Source of the DNA: an uncultured Acidimicrobiales bacterium
GTDB lineage: Bacteria > Actinomycetota > Acidimicrobiia > Acidimicrobiales > UBA10347
Assembly: GCA_943788915.1 (NCBI GenBank)
Contig: CALSSD010000005.1
Coordinates: forward strand, 248,001 to 312,000
DNA: 64,000 nt
Direction of reading: 5' to 3'
Under the pieces are notes generated by a model. That model did not search any database and was not told where the DNA came from. It saw nothing but the letters and a program-made list of their open reading frames with translations. Positions 41,622 through 51,638 of the stretch are shown piece after piece. Both the position numbers and the translations under genes were made by a program. Positions within the stretch are counted from its first letter, which is position 1. The number at the start of each line of letters is the position of its first letter.

Positions 41622-43297
41622 GTGTTCAGTTGTGCCGGGTTTTCGAGGTATCGAACGATTGATTGCGCAAACTCCGCCGCTGGGGCCCCATCAAATGCCC
41701 GGTGATCCCAGGTGAGGCTCAATGTCATGACTGTCCTAGGAGATGCTAGGCCGTCTTCCCATCGGGTCTCTGTACGCAACCGGCCAACTCCGAGAATTGC
41801 CGTATTTGGTGGATTGATCACCGGCGTGAACATATCGACGCCATACATGCCAAGAGCAGTGACCGAGAAGGTGCCACCCTCGAGTTCGTTCAACGTGAGT
41901 TTGCCATCGCGAGCACGGACCGCAAGATCAGCCACCGAGGTGTGCAGCTCATCGACTGGTACGGAGTTTGCATTCTCGATGACGGGGACGATCAGGCCAC
42001 CGTCGACTGCCACTGCCACGCCAAGGTGCACATGGGGTAGGTAGGCGACACCATCGGGGGTGACCTGGCTGTTTACGTATGGATGGTCGACCAGCGCCCG
42101 AGCCGCCGCTGCAACAACCCACGCGGTGTAACCCGGCACGGTCTGTTCAGCAGCTTTGAGCCGCTCCCGTTCGGAGTTCACTGCAGCCATGTCGGCATCG
42201 AGGCTCAAGGTGAGCTGGGCCATCTCGGTGAGAGACGAATGCATACGCTCGGCGATGACCCCCCGCATGCCACGCAGCGGCACCATCTTTGATGGTTCTT
42301 GCAGCACCAGCATGGCTGGAGCAGCTTCAGGCTCGACATCGGTCGCAGCAGGGGTCGCTTCGGTTGATGCGAGTCGTGCCCGCACGTACGCGGCGACATC
42401 CTCGCGGGTGACCCGAGCACCGGGCACCGTTGGCACGAGACGCAGGTCAATGCCCAGAAGCTCGGCCAGCATGCGACCACCGCCGGTGGCCGCAACAGGT
42501 GCCGCAACCGATGTGGTGCCCACCGCGACGCCAGCGACACCGGCGACTGCAGCGGGAGGAGAAACGGAAGCCGTCGGCGCTACAGGAGCAGCAACTGGTG
42601 CGTCGGCGAAACGAGCGACATCGTCGGCGACGATGCGTCCGCCGGGGCCCGTGCCCACGATTTCGGCAAGGTCGACATTGCGATCTCGAGCAGCTGCCCG
42701 GGCCATCGGTGATGCAAGGATGCGGTCACCCTCGCCCACAGCCGCTGTCGCACCATTGGTAGAAGCAGGCGCAGCAGCAAGGGCCTCGACTCGAGTGACG
42801 ACATCGGCCGCGACAATGCGACCGTTGGGGCCGGTACCGGCAATGTGGGCCAGCTCTACGCCAGCGTTTCGCGCGGCTGCACGAGCCATCGGCGACGCAA
42901 GGATGCGCCCGCCCTGGCCTCGGGTTGCGATGTCTTCGTCCGCAGGGGCAGTAGCCCCTAGTGCAGCACGAGGTGCTGGGGCACCCCCAGAAAGTGGTGC
43001 AGAAGTTGTAGCACCCGCGTGTGCCCCGGCCGGAGCTTGGGCCGCCGCTGCAGGGACTTCGCCCTCGCCGAGCAGGGTGCCGATGACTGCGCCGCATGCA
43101 TAGTTCTCGCCAACAACACCGCTGATCGACAACACACCGGCTTCGCGAGCCTCGACTTCGGTCTCGACCTTGTCAGTCTCGATCACCAGTACTGCATCGC
43201 CTACGTTGACCTTGCTTCCGTCGGCTACCAGCCATTCGCGGATGGTGCCGTCGGTCATCGTGAGCCCAAGTTTGGGCATGGTGAACTCGTGCGCCAT
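41618..43297 (-). CDS. Dihydrolipoamide acyltransferase E2 (AcoC-like)
   Basis: Lipoyl domain MPKLGLTMTDG..ETDKV; E3-binding ASPMAR..GTGPxGRI repeats; catalytic DHRAFDGA. Confidence 0.92.
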   Translation of the reverse strand: MAHEFTMPKLGLTMTDGTIREWLVADGSKVNVGDAVLVIETDKVETEVEAREAGVLSISGVVGENYACGAVIGTLLGEGEVPAAAAQAPAGAHAGATTSAPLSGGAPAPRAALGATAPADEDIATRGQGGRILASPMARAAARNAGVELAHIAGTGPNGRIVAADVVTRVEALAAAPASTNGATAAVGEGDRILASPMARAAARDRNVDLAEIVGTGPGGRIVADDVARFADAPVAAPVAPTASVSPPAAVAGVAGVAVGTTSVAAPVAATGGGRMLAELLGIDLRLVPTVPGARVTREDVAAYVRARLASTEATPAATDVEPEAAPAMLVLQEPSKMVPLRGMRGVIAERMHSSLTEMAQLTLSLDADMAAVNSERERLKAAEQTVPGYTAWVVAAAARALVDHPYVNSQVTPDGVAYLPHVHLGVAVAVDGGLIVPVIENANSVPVDELHTSVADLAVRARDGKLTLNELEGGTFSVTALGMYGVDMFTPVINPPNTAILGVGRLRTETRWEDGLASPRTVMTLSLTWDHRAFDGAPAAEFAQSIVRYLENPAQLNT

Positions 43298-43299
43298 AG

Positions 43300-44298
43300 T
43301 CAGGACTCCTCGTTAACTTCTGTATAGAAGTGGCCACGTCGCACGGCCAGAGAAAAGGTGCGACGGATGTCAATGACCCGAGGACCGTTACGTCGCAACG
43401 TCATTGATGCCCATTGGCCGTCTTCGAGCGCGCCAGCTCGTTCACCGTCGACGGCGAAGACCGCGGGCCCCCGCGCGGTGACGCCTTGTTCAGCCTCGAC
43501 CACCGAGACCGATTGCAGCCCGGCCTCGACATAGTGGCCGGGCGCGATTGGCGCACGAACACGCTGTGATGCGCTGGGGTCGAGATCCAGGAGTACGCCC
43601 CGGTCGTCGGTGCGGCTGGTGGGGGCGACCAAGCCGGCAAACGCAGACAAGCCGATCGACCACGGTTCGGCCACCGCGGTGAAGATCTGCTCGACCCCGT
43701 CGAGCGACCACAGACTGGGGCTGCCGCCGGTATCGCCTCGGATCACAGCCACGTCGATCAGCGCCAAATCAGCGGGGACACCTTCGACATCGATATCGAT
43801 GACCAGCGACTGGTACGCGATGAGATCGTCGAGTGGCACTCCCCCGGCAGCTGCAAGACCGGCGGCTGCGCCCGCGACCGTTGGTTCAATCATTTGCGGG
43901 TATGCGTTATTCGTGCCGCCAGCGACCGCAACGATGGGGGCATCTCTCCAGCCTCGGGCCACCTGGCGGTGAGTTCCGTCGCCGCCGTACACGGCCAGTA
44001 CATCGGCCGAGCGTTCCTTCATTGCTATCGCAGCCCGTGCGGTGTCACCGCCGGAGCCATCGACGTCGAAATCGAGGAGTTCGACCGGCAGATCAAGCCC
44101 CGAGATCGCCCGTTCACCAAGTCCATGGAGGTCCCGAGCCAATAACACCAACTCGGCACCGCCTTCGACTGCACCCACAATCAGCCGACGGACGTCGGCG
44201 ATACGGCTGGTGTCGTTCGGTGCAGACGCGTGAGCTACGAGCCGCCTGATGTCCTTGCCCGATCGCGGATTCGTGATGACGCCAACCGTCGTTGCCAT
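43300..44298 (-). CDS. acoX: AcoX-like ATP-NAD kinase family protein
   Basis: GVITNPRSGKDIRRLVAHAS, GGDGTHR, GTNNAYP. Confidence 0.82.
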   Translation of the reverse strand: MATTVGVITNPRSGKDIRRLVAHASAPNDTSRIADVRRLIVGAVEGGAELVLLARDLHGLGERAISGLDLPVELLDFDVDGSGGDTARAAIAMKERSADVLAVYGGDGTHRQVARGWRDAPIVAVAGGTNNAYPQMIEPTVAGAAAGLAAAGGVPLDDLIAYQSLVIDIDVEGVPADLALIDVAVIRGDTGGSPSLWSLDGVEQIFTAVAEPWSIGLSAFAGLVAPTSRTDDRGVLLDLDPSASQRVRAPIAPGHYVEAGLQSVSVVEAEQGVTARGPAVFAVDGERAGALEDGQWASMTLRRNGPRVIDIRRTFSLAVRRGHFYTEVNEES

Positions 44299-44590
44299 CA
44301 GCCGCGATTCCATTCGTAGGGGTACAACATGTCGAGGGCCACCGTACCAATCGCACGCTCACGGACTCGAACTGGACCTCAACCGCGCCAGCTACTTCAT
44401 CCGGTGCGCGCTCAGACGAGCAAGTGCGACAAGCTATCGAGGCGATCGATGGGTCAGGTAACGGGACAAAACCCTGGTAGCACACGCCTGAACCCTGCTT
44501 CTTGCGCTGTTACATACTCGGGCGATATGTAAGGATCAGTAGCCGTATGTGTGCAACGCTGCACACCGCTGCAAACACGAGGAGACTCCT

Positions 44591-45787
44591 ATGGCACGGT
44601 TCGACGAGGCACGACTCGACCGTATTGGCGCCGTTGGCCGCAGATACGTAGACGAGGCAAAGATCCCGTGTTCGGTCGTCCAAGTCGCTGATGCCAGCGG
44701 CCCGGTCTACACCGACGCTTACGGCTGGGCCGATGTCGAGGACCAGGCTCCAATCACGGTCGACAGCATCTTTCGGATCTATTCAATGACCAAACCGATC
44801 ACATCGATCGTGTTGATGCAGCTCTTCGAAGAGGGCGCACTGCTCCTCGAGGATCCAGTCGAAAAGTTCCTACCAGAATTCGCAAATCCGACAGTGATGG
44901 TCGGTGGCAACGACGTCTCCCCGGTGACCCGTCCCGCGGCCCGGTCGATAACGATCCGCGACCTCTTGTCGCATTGTTCAGGACTGACCTATGGGTTCCT
45001 GCGCCAAGGACCGGTCGACGCTCGTTATCGAGCAGAAGGCCTGGGTGACATCAACGCGCCTGACTATTCATTACGTGAGGGCATGAAAAGCCTCGCCAAG
45101 CAGCCGCTACTGTTCGACCCGGGCACCGCATGGAACTATTCGATGTCCACCGATGTGTGCGGCGCCGTGATCGAGGCAATCACCGGATCCACATTGGCGC
45201 AGGCATTCGCAGAACGAGTCTTTGACCCGCTGTCCATGCTCAACACCGGGTTCAGTGTGCCCAGCACCGAAGCAGAACGTTTCACCTCGTTGTATGCCCC
45301 GATCTCGGGATCCATGACACGTATCGACCGAGCCGGCTCCAGTGCCTACCTCGAACCGCCGGCATTCTTGTCAGGCGGCGGCGGCCTCGTTTCCACTCTT
45401 GGCGACTACCAGAAGTTTGCATCCATGTTGCTGGCCGGCGGTGTCGGCGACGGCAACCGACTCATTGGCCGCCGCACGCTCGAATACATGGCGAGTAATC
45501 ACTTGCCCGGAGGCCGACTCCTGAACGAACTCGGCCAGTCTGTGTTCGCTGAAGTTGCCATGGACGGCATGGGCTTCGGACTGGGTTTCTCGGTTGTCGA
45601 GGATCCTGCAGCGAACGGCAGCTTGTGCTCGGTAGGTGAATTCGCGTGGGGTGGTGCAGCAAGCACTGCGTTCTGGGTCGATCCCGTCGAAGAGATCACC
45701 GCGGTATTCATGACTCAGCTGTTGCCGTCGAGCTACTACCCGCTCCGGCGCCAACTTCGGGCCGCCGTGTATCAGGCATTGCTCTAG
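44591..45787 (+). CDS. Serine hydrolase, beta-lactamase class C/esterase family
   Basis: FRIYSMTKP (SxxK), WNYS, GGGGLVST, WGGAAST; GAGGAG RBS. Confidence 0.92.
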   Translation: MARFDEARLDRIGAVGRRYVDEAKIPCSVVQVADASGPVYTDAYGWADVEDQAPITVDSIFRIYSMTKPITSIVLMQLFEEGALLLEDPVEKFLPEFANPTVMVGGNDVSPVTRPAARSITIRDLLSHCSGLTYGFLRQGPVDARYRAEGLGDINAPDYSLREGMKSLAKQPLLFDPGTAWNYSMSTDVCGAVIEAITGSTLAQAFAERVFDPLSMLNTGFSVPSTEAERFTSLYAPISGSMTRIDRAGSSAYLEPPAFLSGGGGLVSTLGDYQKFASMLLAGGVGDGNRLIGRRTLEYMASNHLPGGRLLNELGQSVFAEVAMDGMGFGLGFSVVEDPAANGSLCSVGEFAWGGAASTAFWVDPVEEITAVFMTQLLPSSYYPLRRQLRAAVYQALL

Positions 45788-45820
45788 TGGTCGGGCCTAA
45801 CAGCCAGCCCAGCGGTTGGC

Positions 45821-46162
45821 TCAGCCTGCACTCTCAGCGTTGCGGTGCAGAATTGCGTGCGTCGCCTCGATCGAGGCATAACCGAGACCGTCCTCGTTCA
45901 CGTCGACGACAATCGCTGTGCCGTCGATGATCAGATTGAAATCATCGTGTGACGCGGGCGGCCACAACAGGGCTACCAATGGCTGCGCCTCGATGTTGCG
46001 CATTGTCTTTCGACCAGCCGGAGCGCGCAGGGTCACACCGTCGAGCTCAAACCTGACCTGCGTGGTATGGGGCCGACCATCCGGCCCCGTCGTCACCAGA
46101 TACCCGGCGCCACGCGACGTCACGTGTTCGGCTAGATCTGCGAGTTCTACCTTGATGCTCAT
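45821..46162 (-). CDS. Pyridoxamine 5'-phosphate oxidase-like split-barrel protein
   Basis: YLVTTGPDGRPH, GRKTMRNI..PLVALLWPP..LIIDG. Confidence 0.8.
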   Translation of the reverse strand: MSIKVELADLAEHVTSRGAGYLVTTGPDGRPHTTQVRFELDGVTLRAPAGRKTMRNIEAQPLVALLWPPASHDDFNLIIDGTAIVVDVNEDGLGYASIEATHAILHRNAESAG

Positions 46163-46302
46163 AGACCGAGCCTAGGACCTTGTTCCATCGGCCGCCGAGC
46201 GGCGAAACGTACACCAAGTGGCCCAGCGGCCGTGTGGCCGTGTGGACAGGCAAGCGCGCCGGCCCCAACTTTCGTTGCCTCCTCGTACACCTCGCATCCA
46301 GA

Positions 46303-47376
46303 TCAGAGTGGCGGTTCGGGGCGAGAACCTGGTTCGGCCGCTACCACCGGCGGCTCGGGAGCCACATCGCTCAGCCGCCATGCGAGATACGCATGGAAGT
46401 CGCCAAGGGCTCGCTCCAGTTCTAGAAGGGGGCCAGGACGCCAACGGGCCGAAACGTTTCGCTGCACCTGCTCACAGATCGCACGGTCCTCGTCGATGAA
46501 GGAAGCGTCCCAGCCCGGCAGGCTCACAACCGTGCCGGCGTCGGACTCTTCGCCTGCAACGCCGGTCGTGACCTCGGTGCGCCCCACGGTGAGCGGCCGG
46601 ACCGACTGCCACACCAACGCGTCGGGATAGATCACCGCAACGAACGATGGCGGCAATGAGACCACAAGATGATCTGCCCGTTCCATGGACTCGCCGCCGG
46701 TGACCGTAGCTCTGGCCGAACCAGCCAGGTAGTACGAACCATCGGTGGGGCTTACCGGTTCGACCGTTTCAGCATGCACCCGGAAATGACTGTAACTATC
46801 CAGCGCATTCCCAAAAATCAGCTTCCAGTTCGCGTCCCACTGCTCCGACATCGTGGCCGCCACATCGTGATGCAGCCGGTCGAGACCCAACGGTTTGATG
46901 TACGGCTCGACGGCCGCCACTCGTGTGCTCAGTGGTTCGACATCTGGATTTAGGCTGACAAAGACCAGACCATGCCACGTCTCCACCAGGAACGACTCCA
47001 GTCCATGGTCGGCGTGGCCGACCTCGGCGGGTAGCGCATACGGCACGCTGAGCAAGTCGCCCTCGAGGCCATACGTCCAGGCATGGTAGGGACACGAGAA
47101 ACGAGACAACCGGCCTGCACAGTCAACAAGGGGGGTGCCTCGGTGGGAACACACGTTGGCCAGGGCCCGGATCTGGAAGTCGTCGCCTCGAACCATAAGT
47201 ACCGGCTGACGCCCGATCATCACCGGCACATGTTCGCCCGGCTCTGCCACTGCGTCGACCGTGCACGCAAAGACCCAGTCCTGATGCCAGATGTCGGCAA
47301 TCTCCAACTCGAACACTGCCTCGTCACCAAAGAGGTCCACGGGCAGTGCGGTGGCGCGTTCTATTCGATTCGGCAC
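46303..47376 (-). CDS. Rieske non-heme iron oxygenase alpha subunit (choline monooxygenase-like)
   Basis: NVCSHRG...CPYHAWTY Rieske motif; NWK...YSHFRVH; ED..ICEQVQ. Confidence 0.85.
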   Translation of the reverse strand: MPNRIERATALPVDLFGDEAVFELEIADIWHQDWVFACTVDAVAEPGEHVPVMIGRQPVLMVRGDDFQIRALANVCSHRGTPLVDCAGRLSRFSCPYHAWTYGLEGDLLSVPYALPAEVGHADHGLESFLVETWHGLVFVSLNPDVEPLSTRVAAVEPYIKPLGLDRLHHDVAATMSEQWDANWKLIFGNALDSYSHFRVHAETVEPVSPTDGSYYLAGSARATVTGGESMERADHLVVSLPPSFVAVIYPDALVWQSVRPLTVGRTEVTTGVAGEESDAGTVVSLPGWDASFIDEDRAICEQVQRNVSARWRPGPLLELERALGDFHAYLAWRLSDVAPEPPVVAAEPGSRPEPPL

Positions 47377-47407
47377 CAATTTCTCGCTTCGTGTTCCGGC
47401 TCTCGAC

Positions 47408-48043
47408 CTACCACTCGTTCCAGTGAACAAGGTTTTCGGTTGGCTGACGTTTCGCCAACTTGAACTCGGTGCCCACGGTGTAGGCCACGGGGAACAACCC
47501 GGCCTGAGTCCAGTTATCGAAGTCAATGCCGAGCAAGTCAGCCACTTCTTTCTCGCGAGGCAGGTGCAATGTGGTCCAGGCCGAACCCATACCTTTGCTG
47601 CGCAGCGCCATCATGAAGCTCCACGCCGCAGGAAGGATCGAGCCCCACGCGGATGCCTGGCGGAAGCTGTCGGCGCCTTCGAGCCGGCCAGCATGCAACG
47701 GGATCACTAGTGCAGGTACGTCTTGCAGAATCTCAGCGAGGTGATCCGCCGAGTCGGCAATGCGATCGGACTGAGCGTCGCCCTCGGACAGCTTGGACTT
47801 CTGTTCGCGGTACGGGTAGTAGATGTCCCGATAATGATCGGCAATCACCTGTTTCTTTGCCGGGTCATCCACGATCATCCATGACCAACCCTGAGCGTTT
47901 GAACCGGTAGGAGCCTGGAGCGCCATCTCGATGCAGTCGGTGATCGTCTCCCGGGCCACTGGTCGTTCCAGATCAAGCCGTTTGCGCACCGACCGGGTCG
48001 TGGTCAGCACTTCTTCGGCAGTAAGTCCAATACTCTCGCTCAT
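47408..48043 (-). CDS. Nitroreductase family protein
   Basis: LTTTRSVRKRLD, QAPTGSNAQ, GMGSAWTTLHL. Confidence 0.9.
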   Translation of the reverse strand: MSESIGLTAEEVLTTTRSVRKRLDLERPVARETITDCIEMALQAPTGSNAQGWSWMIVDDPAKKQVIADHYRDIYYPYREQKSKLSEGDAQSDRIADSADHLAEILQDVPALVIPLHAGRLEGADSFRQASAWGSILPAAWSFMMALRSKGMGSAWTTLHLPREKEVADLLGIDFDNWTQAGLFPVAYTVGTEFKLAKRQPTENLVHWNEW

Positions 48044-48086
48044 TGTTCCCTCGTTGCTCTCGCTGTGGCCGTTGACCGGCGCCACG

Positions 48087-48587
48087 TTAGCGAGCCGCCA
48101 CGGTTCTCTCGTGGTCGAGAAGCCACCGCTTTGTGTCGAGTCCTCCAGCGAAGCCTGCCAGCCGGCCGTCAGCACCGACGATCCGGTGACATGGAAGCAC
48201 AATCGAAAGCGGGTTTCGACCGTTCGCTGAACCGACTGCACGAGTTGCCCGGGGTCGTCCCACCGCTGCAGCCTGCTTGCTGTAGGTCGACGTTTCCGCA
48301 AACGGAATCTCGGCCAAGGCCAACCAGACAGACTGCTGAAAGTCGGTTCCTCGGAGCTCAAGCGGCACGTCAAACGTGCGTCGGGTGCCCTCGAAATACT
48401 CGCGCAGTTGGGTTGCCGTGCGGTCGAGAATGGCGTTCGATCCGTCGACCGGCTCGATTGGGAAACGCACTCTGCCGTCGCGTTCTTCGGGCCAAAGCAC
48501 CGCTATCAGCGCTGACGCCGTCGCTACGAGGCGCAGTTCGCCAACCGGACTATCAATACGAACTAGGTAGGGAGTTGTTGTCGTCAT
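48087..48587 (-). CDS. ogt: Methylated-DNA-[protein]-cysteine S-methyltransferase
   Basis: GTDFQ..VW, RAVGSANGRNP..IVLPCHR. Confidence 0.95.
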   Translation of the reverse strand: MTTTTPYLVRIDSPVGELRLVATASALIAVLWPEERDGRVRFPIEPVDGSNAILDRTATQLREYFEGTRRTFDVPLELRGTDFQQSVWLALAEIPFAETSTYSKQAAAVGRPRATRAVGSANGRNPLSIVLPCHRIVGADGRLAGFAGGLDTKRWLLDHERTVAAR

Positions 48588-50020
48588 GATGCTGCTTTCA
48601 GGGAGGCGGATGCCGCCCACAGGTGATGGGTCAGGTAGCTACGCCACGGACTGGCCGTGGCTATCAGTTCTGAGGTCAGTCCAAGCGAATCCGCTGACCG
48701 GTCGGCAACCAGATCACCAGCGAGAAAAATGTCGGGATGGCCAAGCGCTCGCATGGCGATGTAATTCGCCGTCCATGGGCCGATCCCCTTTACGGCTACG
48801 AGCTCCTTGCGAATCTCATCGCGATCGGCACCTGGTGTCAGCTCGTTGGTGCGGCCATCGAACAATGCTGCCACCGCATAGATGGTCTCCGCAGTCCGCC
48901 GGGTAAGCCCAATGTCTGACAGGTCCGTTTCTGCGATTTCAGCCGGTGTCGGAAATGGCTGTAGCCGTTCGTTTACGCCCGAAGCTCGTGCCGCAATCCG
49001 GCTGGCCAGCGTGCGGGCAGCGGACACACTTCGCTGTTGACCAAGAATGGCAAACACCAGCGTGGCGAATCCGTCGCTAGAGCCGGGAGACCGCAACCCG
49101 GGCAGGTCGTGGACGTAAGCACCAAGTGGTTCGATGGCCTTGAGTGCGGCGTCGATATGGGTGGGGTCAGCGTCTAAGTCGAGCATGCGTCGACATTGGG
49201 CAACGGCGGCCGCCAGATCCGCTACATCGTCGAGTTCGAGCTCACACTGCACCCACTCGTGGGCGATGTCCAGCACCGCGATGCCATTGCCGTGTTCGAG
49301 GCGTAACGCCGTCGACAGCTTCCCATCGGCCACCGAAGCGACGCCGGCGACTGTCCGCCTGTCGGCCCAGCCCAGGAAGTAGTCACTCGCAAACGGCGCA
49401 CGAAATGGGAGCCTGATACTGAGCGACCCGGACTCAACCGATGGCAGATTCCGCTTCGCCCTGAGCACCGTTGGTGTTGCGTCGAAGACCTCGCGAATCG
49501 TGTCGTTAAACTGTCGCAGGCTTGAAAAACCAGATGCGAACGCAACGTCCACGAAACGCATCGACGTTGTCTCGATCAAGGTCCGTGCGGTCTGAGCCCG
49601 CTGGGCTCGGGCAATAGCGAGCGGCGGCGCCCCGACTGCGTCGATCATGATGCGCCGCAGGTGCCGCTCGGTCACAGCCAGCGCCCCAGCCAACTCGTTC
49701 ACACTGTGTGTGTCGAGATAACCCTGATTGATGAGCCGCATACCGCGACCCACCAGATCTTCTCGCACGTTCCACTCTGGTGACCCGGGCGTGGCGTCTG
49801 GCCGGCAACGTTTGCACGCCCGAAGTCCTGCACGTTGTGCTCCAGCGGTCGTCAGGAAAAAATCCACGTTCTTGCGCAGCGGATGCACCGGCGTTGGGCA
49901 ACTCGGCCGGCAGTAAACACCGGTGGTGCGCACACCAACTATGAACACTCCGTCGAAGCGAGCGTCGCGGCTCTTGAGCGCCCGGTAACGCTGATCGTCG
50001 TCGAGGTCGTGGAGTGTCAT
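48584..50020 (-). CDS. alkA: Ada-AlkA fusion (Zn-binding Ada, AraC HTH, AlkA glycosylase)
   Basis: TTGVYCRPSC, RACKRCRP, GFSSLRQFN, ILGQQ, GIGPWTA. Confidence 0.92.
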   Translation of the reverse strand: MTLHDLDDDQRYRALKSRDARFDGVFIVGVRTTGVYCRPSCPTPVHPLRKNVDFFLTTAGAQRAGLRACKRCRPDATPGSPEWNVREDLVGRGMRLINQGYLDTHSVNELAGALAVTERHLRRIMIDAVGAPPLAIARAQRAQTARTLIETTSMRFVDVAFASGFSSLRQFNDTIREVFDATPTVLRAKRNLPSVESGSLSIRLPFRAPFASDYFLGWADRRTVAGVASVADGKLSTALRLEHGNGIAVLDIAHEWVQCELELDDVADLAAAVAQCRRMLDLDADPTHIDAALKAIEPLGAYVHDLPGLRSPGSSDGFATLVFAILGQQRSVSAARTLASRIAARASGVNERLQPFPTPAEIAETDLSDIGLTRRTAETIYAVAALFDGRTNELTPGADRDEIRKELVAVKGIGPWTANYIAMRALGHPDIFLAGDLVADRSADSLGLTSELIATASPWRSYLTHHLWAASASLKAAS

Positions 50021-50126
50021 GGGTCCATCCTGCCTGACCCCGAGCACCACTACTAGCGGATTTCGGACATACGGGTTGTGGCGGCAGTTTCCTACAGGTA
50101 GCTACCTGGGTCGTAGCGTCTTGTGG

Positions 50127-50558
50127 GTGACGACGTCTCGACCGCCATCTGCTGTGTCCGTTGATGAATGCAATCGCTACATCAGCGAACTGGACTTCGT
50201 TGACCCGGTGCCGGTGATCGAAGAGGTTGCCCAGGACTGGGTCGTCGCCCGGGTGAAAATCGACGGGCTCCATCTTCGCCCTGGCGGGTACGTACCTGGA
50301 CCGGTCATGATGACCGCAGTGGATCTCGTGGCGTGGTTTCTGGTGTTCACCCGCAATGGGATCACGCCCATGGCATTGACCTGGGACCTTAAGATCAACT
50401 TCCTTCGCCCAGCCCATGGCGCCGATCTGATAGTCCGGGCCCGCCAGACCAAATTCGGCAAGTTGTGTCACGCATCGATCGACCTGCATATGGACGGCGA
50501 CCCAGACCGTCTCGTCGCCCACGCAACAACCACCTACGTGCTCCCGGTCGCGGGCTAG
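50127..50558 (+). CDS. PaaI-family thioesterase
   Basis: LRPGGYVPGP.MM..VD, LKINFLRPA, VAHATTTY. Confidence 0.82.
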   Translation: MTTSRPPSAVSVDECNRYISELDFVDPVPVIEEVAQDWVVARVKIDGLHLRPGGYVPGPVMMTAVDLVAWFLVFTRNGITPMALTWDLKINFLRPAHGADLIVRARQTKFGKLCHASIDLHMDGDPDRLVAHATTTYVLPVAG

Positions 50559-50594
50559 ACCAGATCCCCTTGCGCTCGCGGGCCGCAGCCCTGA

Positions 50595-51554
50595 CTACAG
50601 ATTGGCGACAGCGGCGCTGACCTGGGCATTGATATGCGCAACCTGCGTTGTTGGTTCGAAGCGAGGCGGTTTGTCCTCGCTCACGAACCTGGGCAGCGGC
50701 GCAATCACCGCGTCGGCATCGAACGCGTTGAACAGGATCAGGCTCAGCCGTTCCCATGCAGTGTCGTTCACACGATGGCGCGTCGCTCGCAACGTGCCGT
50801 TGGTGAGATGCTCAAGCATGTCACCAACGATCACGATAAATCGGTCCTGGAAGACCGGTGGTTCGATCCACTCGCCGCTACGGGTGAGCAACTCCAGACC
50901 AGGAGCTGTCTGCGACATGAGGGTGAAGGCCTCGTAGTCGGTGTGGGCACTGATGCCAACGATGTTGTCGGCGGTTTGACCTTCGTTCGGCGGGTACCGC
51001 AGCAGGCGCATCATCGATGAGCTGCGTTCGCTCTCGTACTGCAGAAACGTGTCGGCTGGCAGCTCATACATTTCGGCGAAGGCGACGAAGAGCTGTCGGG
51101 CCGCAACCCGGGCCGCGAGATACCAGCCATACACCGTGTCCTGGAAACCGGGAAGATCACTCGGCCACAGGTTCGCGCCCAGACCGCCGAACTCGATGTT
51201 GGACTCATCAGGGAGTTCCATAGCCAAATCAAACGACTCGCATCGAGCAATCGTGCCGGGTTCATAGGCCGGTTCGGCGCCAAGCGGTATCCAGCCCCGT
51301 TGAGACCCTGGTTTGAACTGGCGGGCCGTGAGTTTGTGATCCTCGGGCAGCGCATGAAAGCGGCGGGCTTGGTCAAAGACCGCGTCGACCGACGCCTGCG
51401 ATGGCCCGAAGTTGGCGGCGTAGAAGTACCCAGCACCTTCAAATGCAGCCCGAATTTCGGCCAGCGTCGAAAGACGTTGCTCGGGTGTGCCATTCAAGCC
51501 AGCGAGGTCGATATCAGGGTGTTGTGACAACTCACCGTTGTCCGGTGCGCTCAT
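50595..51554 (-). CDS. 2OG-Fe(II) oxygenase, isopenicillin N synthase family
   Basis: MRLLRYPP, AHTDYE, GDMLE..TNG..ATRHRV, ERLS. Confidence 0.9.
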   Translation of the reverse strand: MSAPDNGELSQHPDIDLAGLNGTPEQRLSTLAEIRAAFEGAGYFYAANFGPSQASVDAVFDQARRFHALPEDHKLTARQFKPGSQRGWIPLGAEPAYEPGTIARCESFDLAMELPDESNIEFGGLGANLWPSDLPGFQDTVYGWYLAARVAARQLFVAFAEMYELPADTFLQYESERSSSMMRLLRYPPNEGQTADNIVGISAHTDYEAFTLMSQTAPGLELLTRSGEWIEPPVFQDRFIVIVGDMLEHLTNGTLRATRHRVNDTAWERLSLILFNAFDADAVIAPLPRFVSEDKPPRFEPTTQVAHINAQVSAAVANL

Positions 51555-51638
51555 TGTTTCGTCCTCTCAGCGTGCGCTCAGTTTGAGCGACGTTTCTACC
51601 TGCTCAACTACCCAACCGCTCTGGTCTGTGTTCGGACT

